Both the position numbers and the translations under genes were made by a program. A stretch of 64,000 nucleotides of DNA from Planctomycetota bacterium. GTDB lineage: Bacteria; Planctomycetota; Phycisphaerae; UBA1845. The DNA lies in contig JBPOIK010000112.1 of NCBI GenBank assembly GCA_052034525.1, positions 29,874 through 93,873 of the forward strand. The letters are read 5' to 3'. Below the pieces are notes generated by a model. That model had not been told where the DNA came from, did not search any database, and saw only the letters and a list, made by a program, of their open reading frames with translations. Shown here piece after piece: positions 7,930 to 20,585 of this stretch (positions within the stretch are counted from its first letter, which is position 1; each line of letters starts with the position of its first letter).

Positions 7930-8814
7930 TCACGCTCCCCGATAGTGGACCATCCGACGGCTGAGCCAGAACACCAGGCCCGTCAGGGCCAGGATGATCA
8001 GAAGCTGGATCCAGGCCATCGCGCTGGCGTAGCCCATCTTCAGGAAGCGATACGCGTTGTCATACAGGTACATCGTGTAAAAATAGGTCCCGCGCTCGGG
8101 GCCGGGGTTACTCATGACGTAGGGCAGCGCGAAGATCTGCCACGTGCCGATGATGGCGATGATGACGTTGAACAGGATCACCGGACTGATGCCTGGCAAC
8201 GTCACGTGCCAGAACTGGCGCAACGGATTCGCCCCGTCCAGCCGGGCGGCCTCGTACAGTTCCTCCGGCACGTCCTGCAGCCCGGCCAGGTAAATGACCA
8301 CCGGCGAGCCGACGCCCCACAGGCTCACCAGGATCAGCGAACTCATTGCCCAGCCGGGCGAGGCAAGCCAGGCGGGTCCGCGGATGCCCACCATACCCAG
8401 GCCCTGGTTCAGCAGGCCGTATTGCTCGTTCAGGGCCCACAACCACAAAACGGCCGTCGCCACCACCGGCACGACGGTGGGGACGAAGATGCAGGTCCGG
8501 AAGATTCCCTGTCCCCGCACGCGGCGGTTCAGCAGGACGGCCAGCAGCACCGCCACCAGCGTGCCCAGCGGGATCGCGCCGGCGGCATAGATGAACGTGT
8601 TGCCCAGCACCTTGTGAAAAACCGGATCGACGGCCAGTTGGCGGTAGTTCTGCGTGCCGGTGAAGATCGCGGGCTGCAGCAGCGGATAATCGCAGAAGCT
8701 CAGATACAGCGAGATTGCCATCGGGACGGCCAGGAAGAACAGAAACCCCAGCCACCAGGGGGCCGTCCACAGCAGGCCGGTGAGTTGTCGGGGTAGTCTC
8801 ATGCGCTCGCTCAC
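7930..8814 (-). CDS. Carbohydrate ABC transporter permease (MalF-like)
   Basis: Track ORF, 294 aa. The start overlaps the upstream stop (ATGA at 8811-8814). AARLDGANPLRQFWHVTLPGISPV permease signature. Multiple TM segments. Confidence 0.9.
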   Translation of the reverse strand: MSERMRLPRQLTGLLWTAPWWLGFLFFLAVPMAISLYLSFCDYPLLQPAIFTGTQNYRQLAVDPVFHKVLGNTFIYAAGAIPLGTLVAVLLAVLLNRRVRGQGIFRTCIFVPTVVPVVATAVLWLWALNEQYGLLNQGLGMVGIRGPAWLASPGWAMSSLILVSLWGVGSPVVIYLAGLQDVPEELYEAARLDGANPLRQFWHVTLPGISPVILFNVIIAIIGTWQIFALPYVMSNPGPERGTYFYTMYLYDNAYRFLKMGYASAMAWIQLLIILALTGLVFWLSRRMVHYRGA

Positions 8815-10154
8815 GGCGAAGCCTCGGCCGCCTGCCGCAGGGCGGCCATCCGCTGATATTCGTTCACGATCACGTCGATTTTGGCCTGGGTCTGGCGCAG
8901 GGCTTCGTCCGGCGGGCGATGGCCCTGCAGAATGCTCTCGACCAGGAAAAGCATTTCCACGGACGCTTCGGCCCAGGTGGGCATGCGCGGATAGCCGAAC
9001 ACCTCGTCGGAGTCCGCCAGCGCGTCCAGCGTGCGGATGTGTTCGCGGATCGGGTGGTTCTCGAAAAAGTCGTCGCTGGGCGTCCGGAAGGGGGAAAGCT
9101 TCCAGTGTTCCCGACAGAGCCGCTCCAGCACATCCTGCCGCAGCACATAGCGCAGAAACCGCATCGCCTCGCGAGGGTGTGGCGAACCGCGCGGGATCAC
9201 AAACACGTCCGAGCTGACGAACACCGGCTGCCGATCCTCCCGATCGGCCGGGAAACGGGCGACGCCGTATTCCAGCGACGGCTTATACTGCCTGACCCAG
9301 TTGGCTACCCACGGGCCCTGGTAGACCATGGCCAGTCCTTCGGCCAGAAACGGGTTCAGCGGCCCTTCCACCGCCCCGACGTTGGCCTCGAAGGCAATCG
9401 ACTGCTTGAGGCCCATTTCCATTCGCTGGTCGTACATCCAGTGGTGCGCGGCCCGGCCGGCCGGCGTGTCCAGCGTGAAGTGGTGCCCGTCCCACAGATT
9501 GCCGCCGAAGAAATACGGCCACACCCAGTGCCACCAGCCCAGCAGCTTGGGCGCGGGGATGAACCCGGCCTGGACGATCCGTCCCTCCTTGTACCGGGTG
9601 AGCCGGCGGGAATACTCGTCGAGTTCGGCGATGGTCTGCGGCGGACGCTCGGGATCGAGCCCCGCTTCGCGGAAGAGGCGTTTGTTGTAATACAAGGCGA
9701 TGACGTACGGCGTGCTCGGCAGGGCGAAGAGCCGGTCGTTGTAGACCCCGATGTTCCACCAGGCGGGTTTGAACGCGCCGGCGTCGATGCCGGACTCGCG
9801 CACGAGATCATCCAGCGGCATCAGCGCGTCCCGATCGGCGAACTGGGCGATAATATGATCGTAAAGGCCCGCCAGGTCGGGTGGGTCGCCGCCCGCGATG
9901 GCCACCAGCGTGCGTTGATCGACGTTGCTGACCGCCAGGTACTCCACCCAGATGCCGTCCGAAACGCCCTGTGTCCGGTTGTATTCGTCGACGATTCGCC
10001 TCATGACGGCGCCTTCGACGCCCGTCCATTTCTCCCAGTAGCGGATGACGGCCCGGTCGGGCGGAACGTGCTGCGCCTGCCGCGGTCCGAACGCCAGTAA
10101 CGCCAGCGCCGGCAGAACGAGCAGAAGAAAGATGAGAGTGCCACGAAAAGTCAC
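8811..10154 (-). CDS. ABC transporter extracellular sugar-binding protein
   Basis: Track ORF extends to ATG 10457, but that N-terminus (MTAITACSPPASADRETARS...) overlaps the 3' end of the upstream gene and looks non-protein-like. GTG at 10154 gives VTFRGTLIFLLLVLPALALLAFG (a signal anchor), then IRYWEKWTGVEG...ALPSTPYVIALYYNKRLFREAGLDPERPP, typical of family-1 solute-binding proteins. The exact start is uncertain. Confidence 0.85.
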   Translation of the reverse strand: MTFRGTLIFLLLVLPALALLAFGPRQAQHVPPDRAVIRYWEKWTGVEGAVMRRIVDEYNRTQGVSDGIWVEYLAVSNVDQRTLVAIAGGDPPDLAGLYDHIIAQFADRDALMPLDDLVRESGIDAGAFKPAWWNIGVYNDRLFALPSTPYVIALYYNKRLFREAGLDPERPPQTIAELDEYSRRLTRYKEGRIVQAGFIPAPKLLGWWHWVWPYFFGGNLWDGHHFTLDTPAGRAAHHWMYDQRMEMGLKQSIAFEANVGAVEGPLNPFLAEGLAMVYQGPWVANWVRQYKPSLEYGVARFPADREDRQPVFVSSDVFVIPRGSPHPREAMRFLRYVLRQDVLERLCREHWKLSPFRTPSDDFFENHPIREHIRTLDALADSDEVFGYPRMPTWAEASVEMLFLVESILQGHRPPDEALRQTQAKIDVIVNEYQRMAALRQAAEASP

Positions 10155-10290
10155 GGAAGTCAGACCATCGGCTTTTCCACCGCCGGCCTCACGGATCGGT
10201 GCCGCGTGCTTCGTGCGGGCCGAGCCGGGAGCGTCTCCGAGCCGGCGAACGGTCGCGGCCCGCACGGCGGCCCCGGCAACCCACGGCCTT

Positions 10291-14029
<3,739 letters not shown>

Positions 14030-14340
14030 TTACCAGAACCAGGCGGTAAACGCATCAGTAACCTTCGCTATCACAGGCTATTATGCGGCCTCCACCCCAT
14101 GTTGGGGCCGGATTCTGGACGCCGCCGCCCAGCACGTCATAGAATTTAAGCGTACCAGGAAATGAAAGCGCTTGCAATAGCCTTCTGGATTTGGTACAGT
14201 GCCACGCATCGGAGGAAACCCGTCTGAATCTCTCTCGAGGCAGGATGGGGAGCTCGGGCGTGTGTCTCGTCGCGGACCGAGCAACCCCTGAGGAAAACGA
14301 AGGACTTACGAGGCTCATCTCTTGATGGAGGAGGACTCTC

Positions 14341-15150
14341 ATGGAGCGAATTGCAAGAAGAGCAATGATTGTGGCGGTGCTGGCGGTCGCGGGGTTGGCT
14401 GTGGTCTCGGCCAACGCGGCGGCGCCGGCAGTGGACAGCGCGATTATCAAGACGCGCATCTTCAACGACCATCCGGATTCCATTGTGACGACAGTCAACA
14501 GCTACCCGGCGTCCATCCTGATCAAGGATGAGAAGCTGGACGGAGCCGGTTGGGCAAACCGACATAATTTCCGCCTCTCGGACAACGGCGGGGTGTCGGC
14601 AGCGGTGTTCATGAATGACCACGAATTTTCTCTCTTTGCGGATGTGACGATCACGGGGTCGGCCCCCGCCGAAGGCGGATTGGAACTCGCGCCCTGGTGG
14701 TCCAAAGACGTGGGCGGGGTGTTCATGGTGCATGCCGGAACCGGCGAGATCGCGTCCTTCGGCGGTCGGCTGCCGTTCTACAGCTTCACGGCTGACCAGG
14801 GGCTGACGTACACCAAGGGCGAGACCGTCCGGCAGGGGATCATTTATACCCCCAACAGCCTGACGGAATTGGATCCGGCCACCATCGAGTACGTCCTGAT
14901 TCAGGATGGAATCACCTACACGTCCGGGCCGTTGGGGTTCGACATGGGCAATCCCGCCGAGGATCCGCCCTACGGGCTGTGGGGCATTCTGAACGACGCC
15001 CGGCTCGGCGGGTACGTGCAGATTCAGGGGCAGCACGAGAACCCGGACATGTGGGGCCAGATTGAGTTCGGCAACATCGTGTTTGTGCCGGAGCCGGCGG
15101 CGTTGGCCCTGCTGGCCCTGGGCGGGCTGGCGGTGCTGCGCCGGCGCTAG
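14341..15150 (+). CDS. PEP-CTERM sorting-domain secreted protein
   Basis: GGAGGAGG lies upstream of the ATG. Signal peptide MERIARRAMIVAVLAVAGLAVVSANA. C-terminus VPEPAALALLALGGLAVLRRR (PEP motif + TM + basic cluster). Confidence 0.85.
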   Translation: MERIARRAMIVAVLAVAGLAVVSANAAAPAVDSAIIKTRIFNDHPDSIVTTVNSYPASILIKDEKLDGAGWANRHNFRLSDNGGVSAAVFMNDHEFSLFADVTITGSAPAEGGLELAPWWSKDVGGVFMVHAGTGEIASFGGRLPFYSFTADQGLTYTKGETVRQGIIYTPNSLTELDPATIEYVLIQDGITYTSGPLGFDMGNPAEDPPYGLWGILNDARLGGYVQIQGQHENPDMWGQIEFGNIVFVPEPAALALLALGGLAVLRRR

Positions 15151-15307
15151 AGACCGACTGGAAAGCGGGTCTCCCAATGGGCGACCGGTCCCACAAGGAC
15201 GGAGTCCCACGGAGACCCGGTGGCGGAACGCGACACCGGCGTTGGCCGGGTAACGACCTCGCCGGTGTCGCGGAACCCCGAGCGGGAGACAGAAAGGAAG
15301 GTTTCCC

Positions 15308-16234
15308 ATGGCGAGGACGGCGCGGATGGACGGCAGGGGAAATCGGGCGTTCACGCTGATCGAATTGTTGGTGGTGGTGTCGATTATCGCCCTGCTCGTT
15401 GCGATTCTGCTGCCCTCGCTGAAGAAAGCGCGAGACCAGGCGAAGGACACGATGTGCCGCTCCAACATGCATCAGCAGGGGCTCGCCACCGGGTATTATG
15501 CCCAGGATTTTGGCGATTACCTGCCGTGGATGAAGGGGCGAGACAACGGGAGCGGGAACCCCGATCCGCGGTTGCGGTTCACGCGGGCACCGTACTCACA
15601 ATACCACCTGCTCTTCCACCTTGTACCATATACAAAGACAACGAAGGTCTTCCTCTGCCCTCAGGCCGTGGGAGGTCCGGTGGTTCAGAATCGAATCGGT
15701 CGTGGACCTCGCTCGGTACTCGGGTACCCCGTGACAAACGAATCCGAAACATTCCCCGGCAAGCAGAGCGACATGGGCATTGCGGCGTACTGTGTGCGGC
15801 GGTCGGATGAACTCTGGCCCCAGATGCAGGCCAAGCTGTTTCCACGGATCCCGCTCACGGGAGAACCGTACGTCAAAGAGCTCTACGCTGAGTACTGGTT
15901 CAACGACTGGAGTTACGGGGCTACGGTGGGGCCTTTCGCCATTCCGGCGATCAACGGCAATCAGGTCAACAAAATCACGTATCCCAGCATCGCGGTCATG
16001 ATGAGCGACGCGGTTCATTGGAACCCGCGCCACCGTGGCGGAACGGGCAGTCATCTGATGTTCGTGGACGCGCATGTGGACTTCTACAAGCTCGACAACC
16101 ATCACGACCGCGAGGGTCACAACAGCGGCATCCGACGCTGGGCGAATGCCCTGGATAAGGACAGGTTCGGCAATCGGCCATTCTGGTCGTGGGGACTGGG
16201 ACGAGGGAACAACCCGGTGAACGGGGATCAGTAG
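15308..16234 (+). CDS. Prepilin-type N-terminal cleavage/methylation domain protein (DUF1559-like pseudopilin)
   Basis: [32 protein letters not shown] is a class III signal/methylation motif. C-terminal [14 protein letters not shown] resembles the H-X9-DG motif of this PVC-expanded family. Confidence 0.85.
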   Translation: MARTARMDGRGNRAFTLIELLVVVSIIALLVAILLPSLKKARDQAKDTMCRSNMHQQGLATGYYAQDFGDYLPWMKGRDNGSGNPDPRLRFTRAPYSQYHLLFHLVPYTKTTKVFLCPQAVGGPVVQNRIGRGPRSVLGYPVTNESETFPGKQSDMGIAAYCVRRSDELWPQMQAKLFPRIPLTGEPYVKELYAEYWFNDWSYGATVGPFAIPAINGNQVNKITYPSIAVMMSDAVHWNPRHRGGTGSHLMFVDAHVDFYKLDNHHDREGHNSGIRRWANALDKDRFGNRPFWSWGLGRGNNPVNGDQ

Positions 16235-16332
16235 TCGCAAAAGACGCGGTAGGACCGCCCGATTCAGCCGGGAGCAATGGGTAGCCGACCGCAGAGCGGA
16301 AAACACATCAGACTTCGATGGAGGTGCGGAAG

Positions 16333-18117
16333 ATGACTCAGGCGCGATGGTTTGTGCTTGCGGCGGCGGTCAGCCTGGTGCTCTGCGGCACGGCGCCGGC
16401 TCGCCAGAACATCCTTCGGAACGGAAGCCTGGAGGCCGGGCCGGGACAAGGCGGTCCGAACTCGTTCATTGCCGCGAACTGGACGGAGTTCGGCGAGAAC
16501 GTGGAGCGGTCGAGAGAGGCCAACCGCACTGTGGGCGGCGAGGCCGCGCTGAAAGCTTTCGGCGATTCCGGCAACACCGCGGCGGGCGCATACCAGGAGG
16601 TGCAGGCGGCGGCGGGGCAGAGCATCTCGGCCGGCGCGTGGCTGTATACACGCGCAAACGACAAGCTGGGCGGTACCGGGCAGGCGGGCATTCGCCTGGA
16701 GTTTCTCGGGCTGTTCGGCAACGTGATCAACTCGAGCGAAATCCTGATCATGGACAGCGCGTCCGCCGCCGACACCTGGACGCAGGCCACCGTGGGGCCG
16801 TTGACGGCTCCGTCGGGCACGGCGAAGGTCCGGCTGACCTGCCTCCTCAAGTTCGTGCCGGGCACCTGTTCCGGATCGGTGTACTGGGACGACGTGAGCC
16901 TGACCGGCGCCACGGGCAGTCTGCTCAATGGGGACATGGAGACGGCGGGCGTCAGCGATGATCCGAACCCGCAAGGCATCGAAGCGTGGATCGGTTTCGA
17001 AGACCAGCAGAAGTCAGACGAGGCCGCGTTTCACGGGAACAGCAGCGTCAAGCTGGGAATCTCCAAGGCCTACTCCGGCCTCGTGCAGCGAATGGGCGAC
17101 CTGGCCGCTGGCGACCGCATCATCCTGAAGGCCCGTGCGATGATTCCCTCGTCCAACCCGCTGAACGGCAATGCGATGGTGGGGATTAAGCTCGAGTTCG
17201 AATCATCCGCCGCCCCGCAGCCGCCGGAGGAGAACCTGGCGTTCGACGAAAACGCGACTACGAACGCCTGGGTGCCGGTGAGCATCAGCACGAGTGTGCC
17301 GCCGGCTATGACGAAAGCCCGGATCGTGATGATTTTCGTCGGAGACTCCCAGACCAGCGGCACCGTTCGATTCGACAGCGCCTCGGCCAGACGTAACGGC
17401 GGCGCGAATATGCTCCTGAACCCCAGCTTTGAGTTCGGCGACGGAGGCTTCAATGGCATCGAGGACTGGACGGAGTTCAACACGCCAGGCACATCTTCGG
17501 CACAGAAAAGCTGTCTTGAACCCGGCTTCACCCCGCATGACGGCAACTGCACCATGAAAGCGACCGGCCAGGCCGTGGCCGGAATTTACCAGGAGATCGA
17601 CGTGCTGCCTGGGGAGACGCTCGATATCAACGCATACCTGTTCACCGGGGGCCCGGTGGGTGAGCGCCTGGCAGGCACCGGCAGGGCCGGCGTGAAAGTG
17701 GAATGGGCCGCGGGCAACGTCCCCGGACAAGTGGACATCGGCGGCCCGCCGAACACCATCTTCGCCGGTGCCGCAACGGACGTCTGGCACGAACTCTACA
17801 TCGATTACACCATGCCGGCCGGCACCGCGGCAAAGGTCAAATTCACGAATATCATCGCGACGGGAACGGCCACCCAGGGCGTTGCCTACATGGACGCCTG
17901 CGAGGCCGTGGTCGTCAACTTCTTTGACGGGGCGGACGCCGATGGTGACGATGATGCCGACCTGGCCGACTTCGCCCTTTTCCAGGAGTGCTACACGGGC
18001 AGCGGACCCACCACGCTGGGTTGGCCCTGCCTGGTGTTCGACTCCGACGACGACGAGGATGTGGACCGGATTGATTACCTGTTCTTCGAGAACGGCTTGA
18101 TCGGGCCTGTCCCATAG
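16333..18117 (+). CDS. Secreted protein with three CBM4/9/22-like carbohydrate-binding repeats and a C-terminal dockerin-like module
   Basis: ATG 16333 has GGAGG 8 nt upstream (track start is 16318). Signal peptide MTQARWFVLAAAVSLVLCGTAPA. Three repeats open with NGSLEAG / NGDMETAG / NPSFEFGDGG and end with V(Y/R)(W/F)D(D/S). Tail DADGDDDADLADFALFQECYTGSG...FDSDDDEDVDRIDYLFF. Confidence 0.8.
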   Translation: MTQARWFVLAAAVSLVLCGTAPARQNILRNGSLEAGPGQGGPNSFIAANWTEFGENVERSREANRTVGGEAALKAFGDSGNTAAGAYQEVQAAAGQSISAGAWLYTRANDKLGGTGQAGIRLEFLGLFGNVINSSEILIMDSASAADTWTQATVGPLTAPSGTAKVRLTCLLKFVPGTCSGSVYWDDVSLTGATGSLLNGDMETAGVSDDPNPQGIEAWIGFEDQQKSDEAAFHGNSSVKLGISKAYSGLVQRMGDLAAGDRIILKARAMIPSSNPLNGNAMVGIKLEFESSAAPQPPEENLAFDENATTNAWVPVSISTSVPPAMTKARIVMIFVGDSQTSGTVRFDSASARRNGGANMLLNPSFEFGDGGFNGIEDWTEFNTPGTSSAQKSCLEPGFTPHDGNCTMKATGQAVAGIYQEIDVLPGETLDINAYLFTGGPVGERLAGTGRAGVKVEWAAGNVPGQVDIGGPPNTIFAGAATDVWHELYIDYTMPAGTAAKVKFTNIIATGTATQGVAYMDACEAVVVNFFDGADADGDDDADLADFALFQECYTGSGPTTLGWPCLVFDSDDDEDVDRIDYLFFENGLIGPVP

Positions 18118-18181
18118 TTCCAGACGAGTGAGGTCCGGGTACCGATGGTGCCCGGCATCCCACCAATAGGGGAATCCCCAC

Positions 18182-18224
18182 GGAATCCGGAGCCTCCGCC
18201 AGAAGACTCCGGATTCCTTTTTTT
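18182..18224 (+). terminator. Rho-independent terminator after the CBM/dockerin gene
   Basis: Perfect 11-bp stem GGAATCCGGAG (18182-18192) / CTCCGGATTCC (18207-18217), 14-nt loop, then TTTTTTT (18218-18224). It lies 65 nt after the stop. Confidence 0.8.
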
Positions 18225-18453
18225 CCCAACCATACGGGCAAGGCGCATCACTATCGGCACCGGATAGATGCTCTCGCCCGCCCAGATCCCCGATCACCGG
18301 GGTTATGTACATAAGGGCGGCAAGGTTCTGCGGGTCAGAACGCCGGGTCGGGCCGTCTCGATTGGTGCGAATAAGCGGTTGGCGAGCTCCTCGCGGCGTT
18401 TTGCTTAAAGCCGTGGTAAACAAGAAGTTGGGAGGAAGGGCGTTGGGTGGGGC

Positions 18454-18482
18454 TTGCCGTATCGGGGCGGTCCGCTTATAGT
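18454..18482 (+). promoter_or_regulatory. Candidate sigma70-type promoter of the RRM gene
   Basis: TTGCCG (18454-18459), 17-nt spacer, TATAGT (18477-18482). This would give a 5' UTR of about 165 nt. By-eye motif match only. Confidence 0.3.
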
Positions 18483-18651
18483 GCCTGTGATTGGATCGTC
18501 GAGTCAGCAGGTTTGCAAGGTGGATTGTTCACTTCTCCGTCGCACTGCTCTGATCGGCTTCCCGTCCTTCGGGCCGAAGCGTCGGCCACTTTCACATGCG
18601 ACCCTGAAAGAGAAAACGCGGGTCGGAACTACCATCGATTAGGAGAAAACG

Positions 18652-18972
18652 ATGGGCAAGAAGTTGTACGTGGGGAATCTTTCCTATGACACCAGCAGCT
18701 CCGACCTGGAACAGTTGGTGGCGGCGCATGGCACAGTGGTCAGCGCCGAAGTGATCATGGACCGGGCAACCGGCCGAAGCAAGGGCTTTGGATTCGTCGA
18801 GATGGAGTCCGAGTCGGACGCCCAGGCGGCCATCGAGGCTCTGAATGGCCAGATACACGGTGGTCGGGCACTGACAGTGAACGAAGCGAAGCCTCGCGCT
18901 CCGCGCCCCGGTGGCGGCGGTGGACGGGGCGGGTACGGTGGTGGCGGCCGCCGGGACCGCGACCGGTACTAG
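18652..18972 (+). CDS. RRM (RNP-1) glycine-rich RNA-binding protein
   Basis: KLYVGNLSY (RNP-2) and KGFGFVEM (RNP-1). C-terminal RPGGGGGRGGYGGGGRRDRDRY. TAGGAGA lies upstream of the ATG. Confidence 0.95.
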   Translation: MGKKLYVGNLSYDTSSSDLEQLVAAHGTVVSAEVIMDRATGRSKGFGFVEMESESDAQAAIEALNGQIHGGRALTVNEAKPRAPRPGGGGGRGGYGGGGRRDRDRY

Positions 18973-18998
18973 AAAACACGCCTGAATCGGAAACGCAC

Positions 18999-19025
18999 GG
19001 GGTCGCCTTCGGGCGGCCCCCTTTT
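18999..19025 (+). terminator. Rho-independent terminator after the RRM gene
   Basis: GGGGTCGCC-TTCG-GGCGGCCCC (9-bp stem with one G-U pair), followed by CTTTTG. Confidence 0.65.
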
Positions 19026-19219
19026 GTGCGCCGAGCATGTTTGGCAACTCGGGGGTGTGCAAGCCTCCCGTCCAACCGGATGGAGGTGAAGGGCAAGCGA
19101 CGATTCGCGGAACTGCGCCGCCTCGGCGTGGGCAAGAATCTGGCGGCTCAAACCGCCGGAAGCCCCACGGCCCCTGGCGGATCAGCCGGAGCCCGGCCCC
19201 ATCCTTCGCCCTTCCGAAC

Positions 19220-19267
19220 GCCTGCTTCGTGACTCTCGGACCGCCTCTGCCCTCGGTTCGTTGATGG
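19220..19267. repeat. Left copy of an imperfect ~46-bp direct repeat flanking the FkbM gene
   Basis: gcctgcttcgtgactctcggaccgcctctgccctcggttcgttgatgg. The first 20 nt are identical to 20470-20489, then about 80% identity by eye. Confidence 0.7.
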
Positions 19268-19451
19268 CACAACCCGATCGAACCGCCGTGTACGGACCCG
19301 TACGCACGGTGGTGTGGCAGGGACACCCCGCGAGGGCTCACCTATGTCGATTAGGGTGTGCCGGGCCGGCCTCCGCGCGAGGTGACCTTCGTCAGAGCAC
19401 GGGGATTCTTACCGTGAACGCGAGCCACGCCGGGGGAACGCCGCTTCCGTT

Positions 19452-20348
19452 TCAGCGGCCGCGCGGAGAAACGACCGACGAGTGCATGGCGTGTGTGTCG
19501 AACCAACCCGGGAGCGGCCTGCCGAAACGCCGGAGGATCGCTCTCAGGGCTTGCCGACCCCAGAAGTACCGCCTCAAAACGCTGTCATCGCCGAATGCCC
19601 GATACAACAGGAAGATGAACCGGTACTGATCCAGGATCCGACTGTAGCTCTTCCATTCTCCCGGCAGGTCCAGACCGAAGAGTCCGGAGGACCCCGCCTC
19701 GAAGCGATGCCCCGGGCCCACATAGGAGCCTTCCCTCGTGGAAATCGGCTCGACGTGCGAAGGCACACTCTGCTGTTGAACCGCCTTGAATCCATCGTAA
19801 CCCAGCCGCCGCAGCAAGCGGAACTCCGCACGCAGTCTGGCGAAACTGACTTTTTCGGACTCGATGGAAACGAAGTCCGGCTTGGGGTCGACATGCTGCA
19901 GGGCCCGGAGACACACGATGTCGAGTCCTTCTATGTCGACCTTCAGATAATGCGGGATGCCGTACTGCCTCAGGCAGAGCCCGAAGTCGACCGTCCGGAC
20001 CTCGATCATCTCACTGGATGTCCCGAACCTCTCATTCCGTAGGGCCCATTCGTGGACGGCCGTTCCCCACACGCTTACCTGCCGGTTTCGGTAAAACCGG
20101 ACGGACCGCCGCCCGGTGGATCCGAGCCGCGCTTCCACGATGGCCCCTTCCACGACTGTCAGTCTCCCCCCCCGGATCTCTTCCGCGAACCGACGCCTGC
20201 AGTGCTCGGCCAAGTCGGGATCCGCCTCAAATCCGATCACTCGGAATCCCTTCTTCAGATAGAAATCAGTGTCTTCCCCCTTGTGCATGCCCACGTCGTA
20301 AATGAGGTCCGAATGTTTTCCCACTGATTCGTGCATGCAACCGCTCAT
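19452..20348 (-). CDS. FkbM-family SAM-dependent methyltransferase
   Basis: IYDVGMHKGEDTDFYLKKGFRVIGFEADPDLAEHCRRRF (GxxxG-type SAM pocket, FkbM-like). AGGAAG lies upstream of ATG 20348. Noticeably lower G+C than its neighbours. Confidence 0.8.
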   Translation of the reverse strand: MSGCMHESVGKHSDLIYDVGMHKGEDTDFYLKKGFRVIGFEADPDLAEHCRRRFAEEIRGGRLTVVEGAIVEARLGSTGRRSVRFYRNRQVSVWGTAVHEWALRNERFGTSSEMIEVRTVDFGLCLRQYGIPHYLKVDIEGLDIVCLRALQHVDPKPDFVSIESEKVSFARLRAEFRLLRRLGYDGFKAVQQQSVPSHVEPISTREGSYVGPGHRFEAGSSGLFGLDLPGEWKSYSRILDQYRFIFLLYRAFGDDSVLRRYFWGRQALRAILRRFGRPLPGWFDTHAMHSSVVSPRGR

Positions 20349-20469
20349 TCTCTCTTCCTGAACGCTGATAAGGATCCACGCGTCCGAAGAATTCGGCCCG
20401 CTGGCAACCGGCTACTATATCCGAATGTGGCGAACTCTCCCCGGGACCGGCATAGGATCTTGCGGGCTG

Positions 20470-20515
20470 GCCTGCTTCGTGACTCTCGGGCGGCCTCTGC
20501 GTCGGGGTGTGATGG
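20470..20515. repeat. Right copy of the direct repeat flanking the FkbM gene
   Basis: gcctgcttcgtgactctcgggcggcctctgcgtcggggtgtgatgg. It lies 1250 bp from the left copy. Confidence 0.7.
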
Positions 20516-20585
20516 AAGCCAGAAGCCATCCGGGTTGATTGCCGGCGAACCCCGGGCTCCACCTCCGGGTTTGGACAGACAGCCT

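Noticed and set aside
19080-19232. 51-codon ORF MEVKGKRRFAELRRLGVGKNLAAQTAGSPTAPGG... with a faint resolvase-HTH look
   Set aside because: It is too short, has no RBS, and the similarity is only impressionistic. It is mentioned only as context for the FkbM islet.
19261-19345. Possible structured RNA or group II intron remnant (ccgtgtacggacccgtacgcacgg hairpin; translation ...RTAVYGPVRTVVWQG...)
   Set aside because: The hairpin is imperfect. I could not match domain V or any other ribozyme consensus, RNase P or tmRNA motifs. It is left as unexplained sequence inside the FkbM-islet finding.
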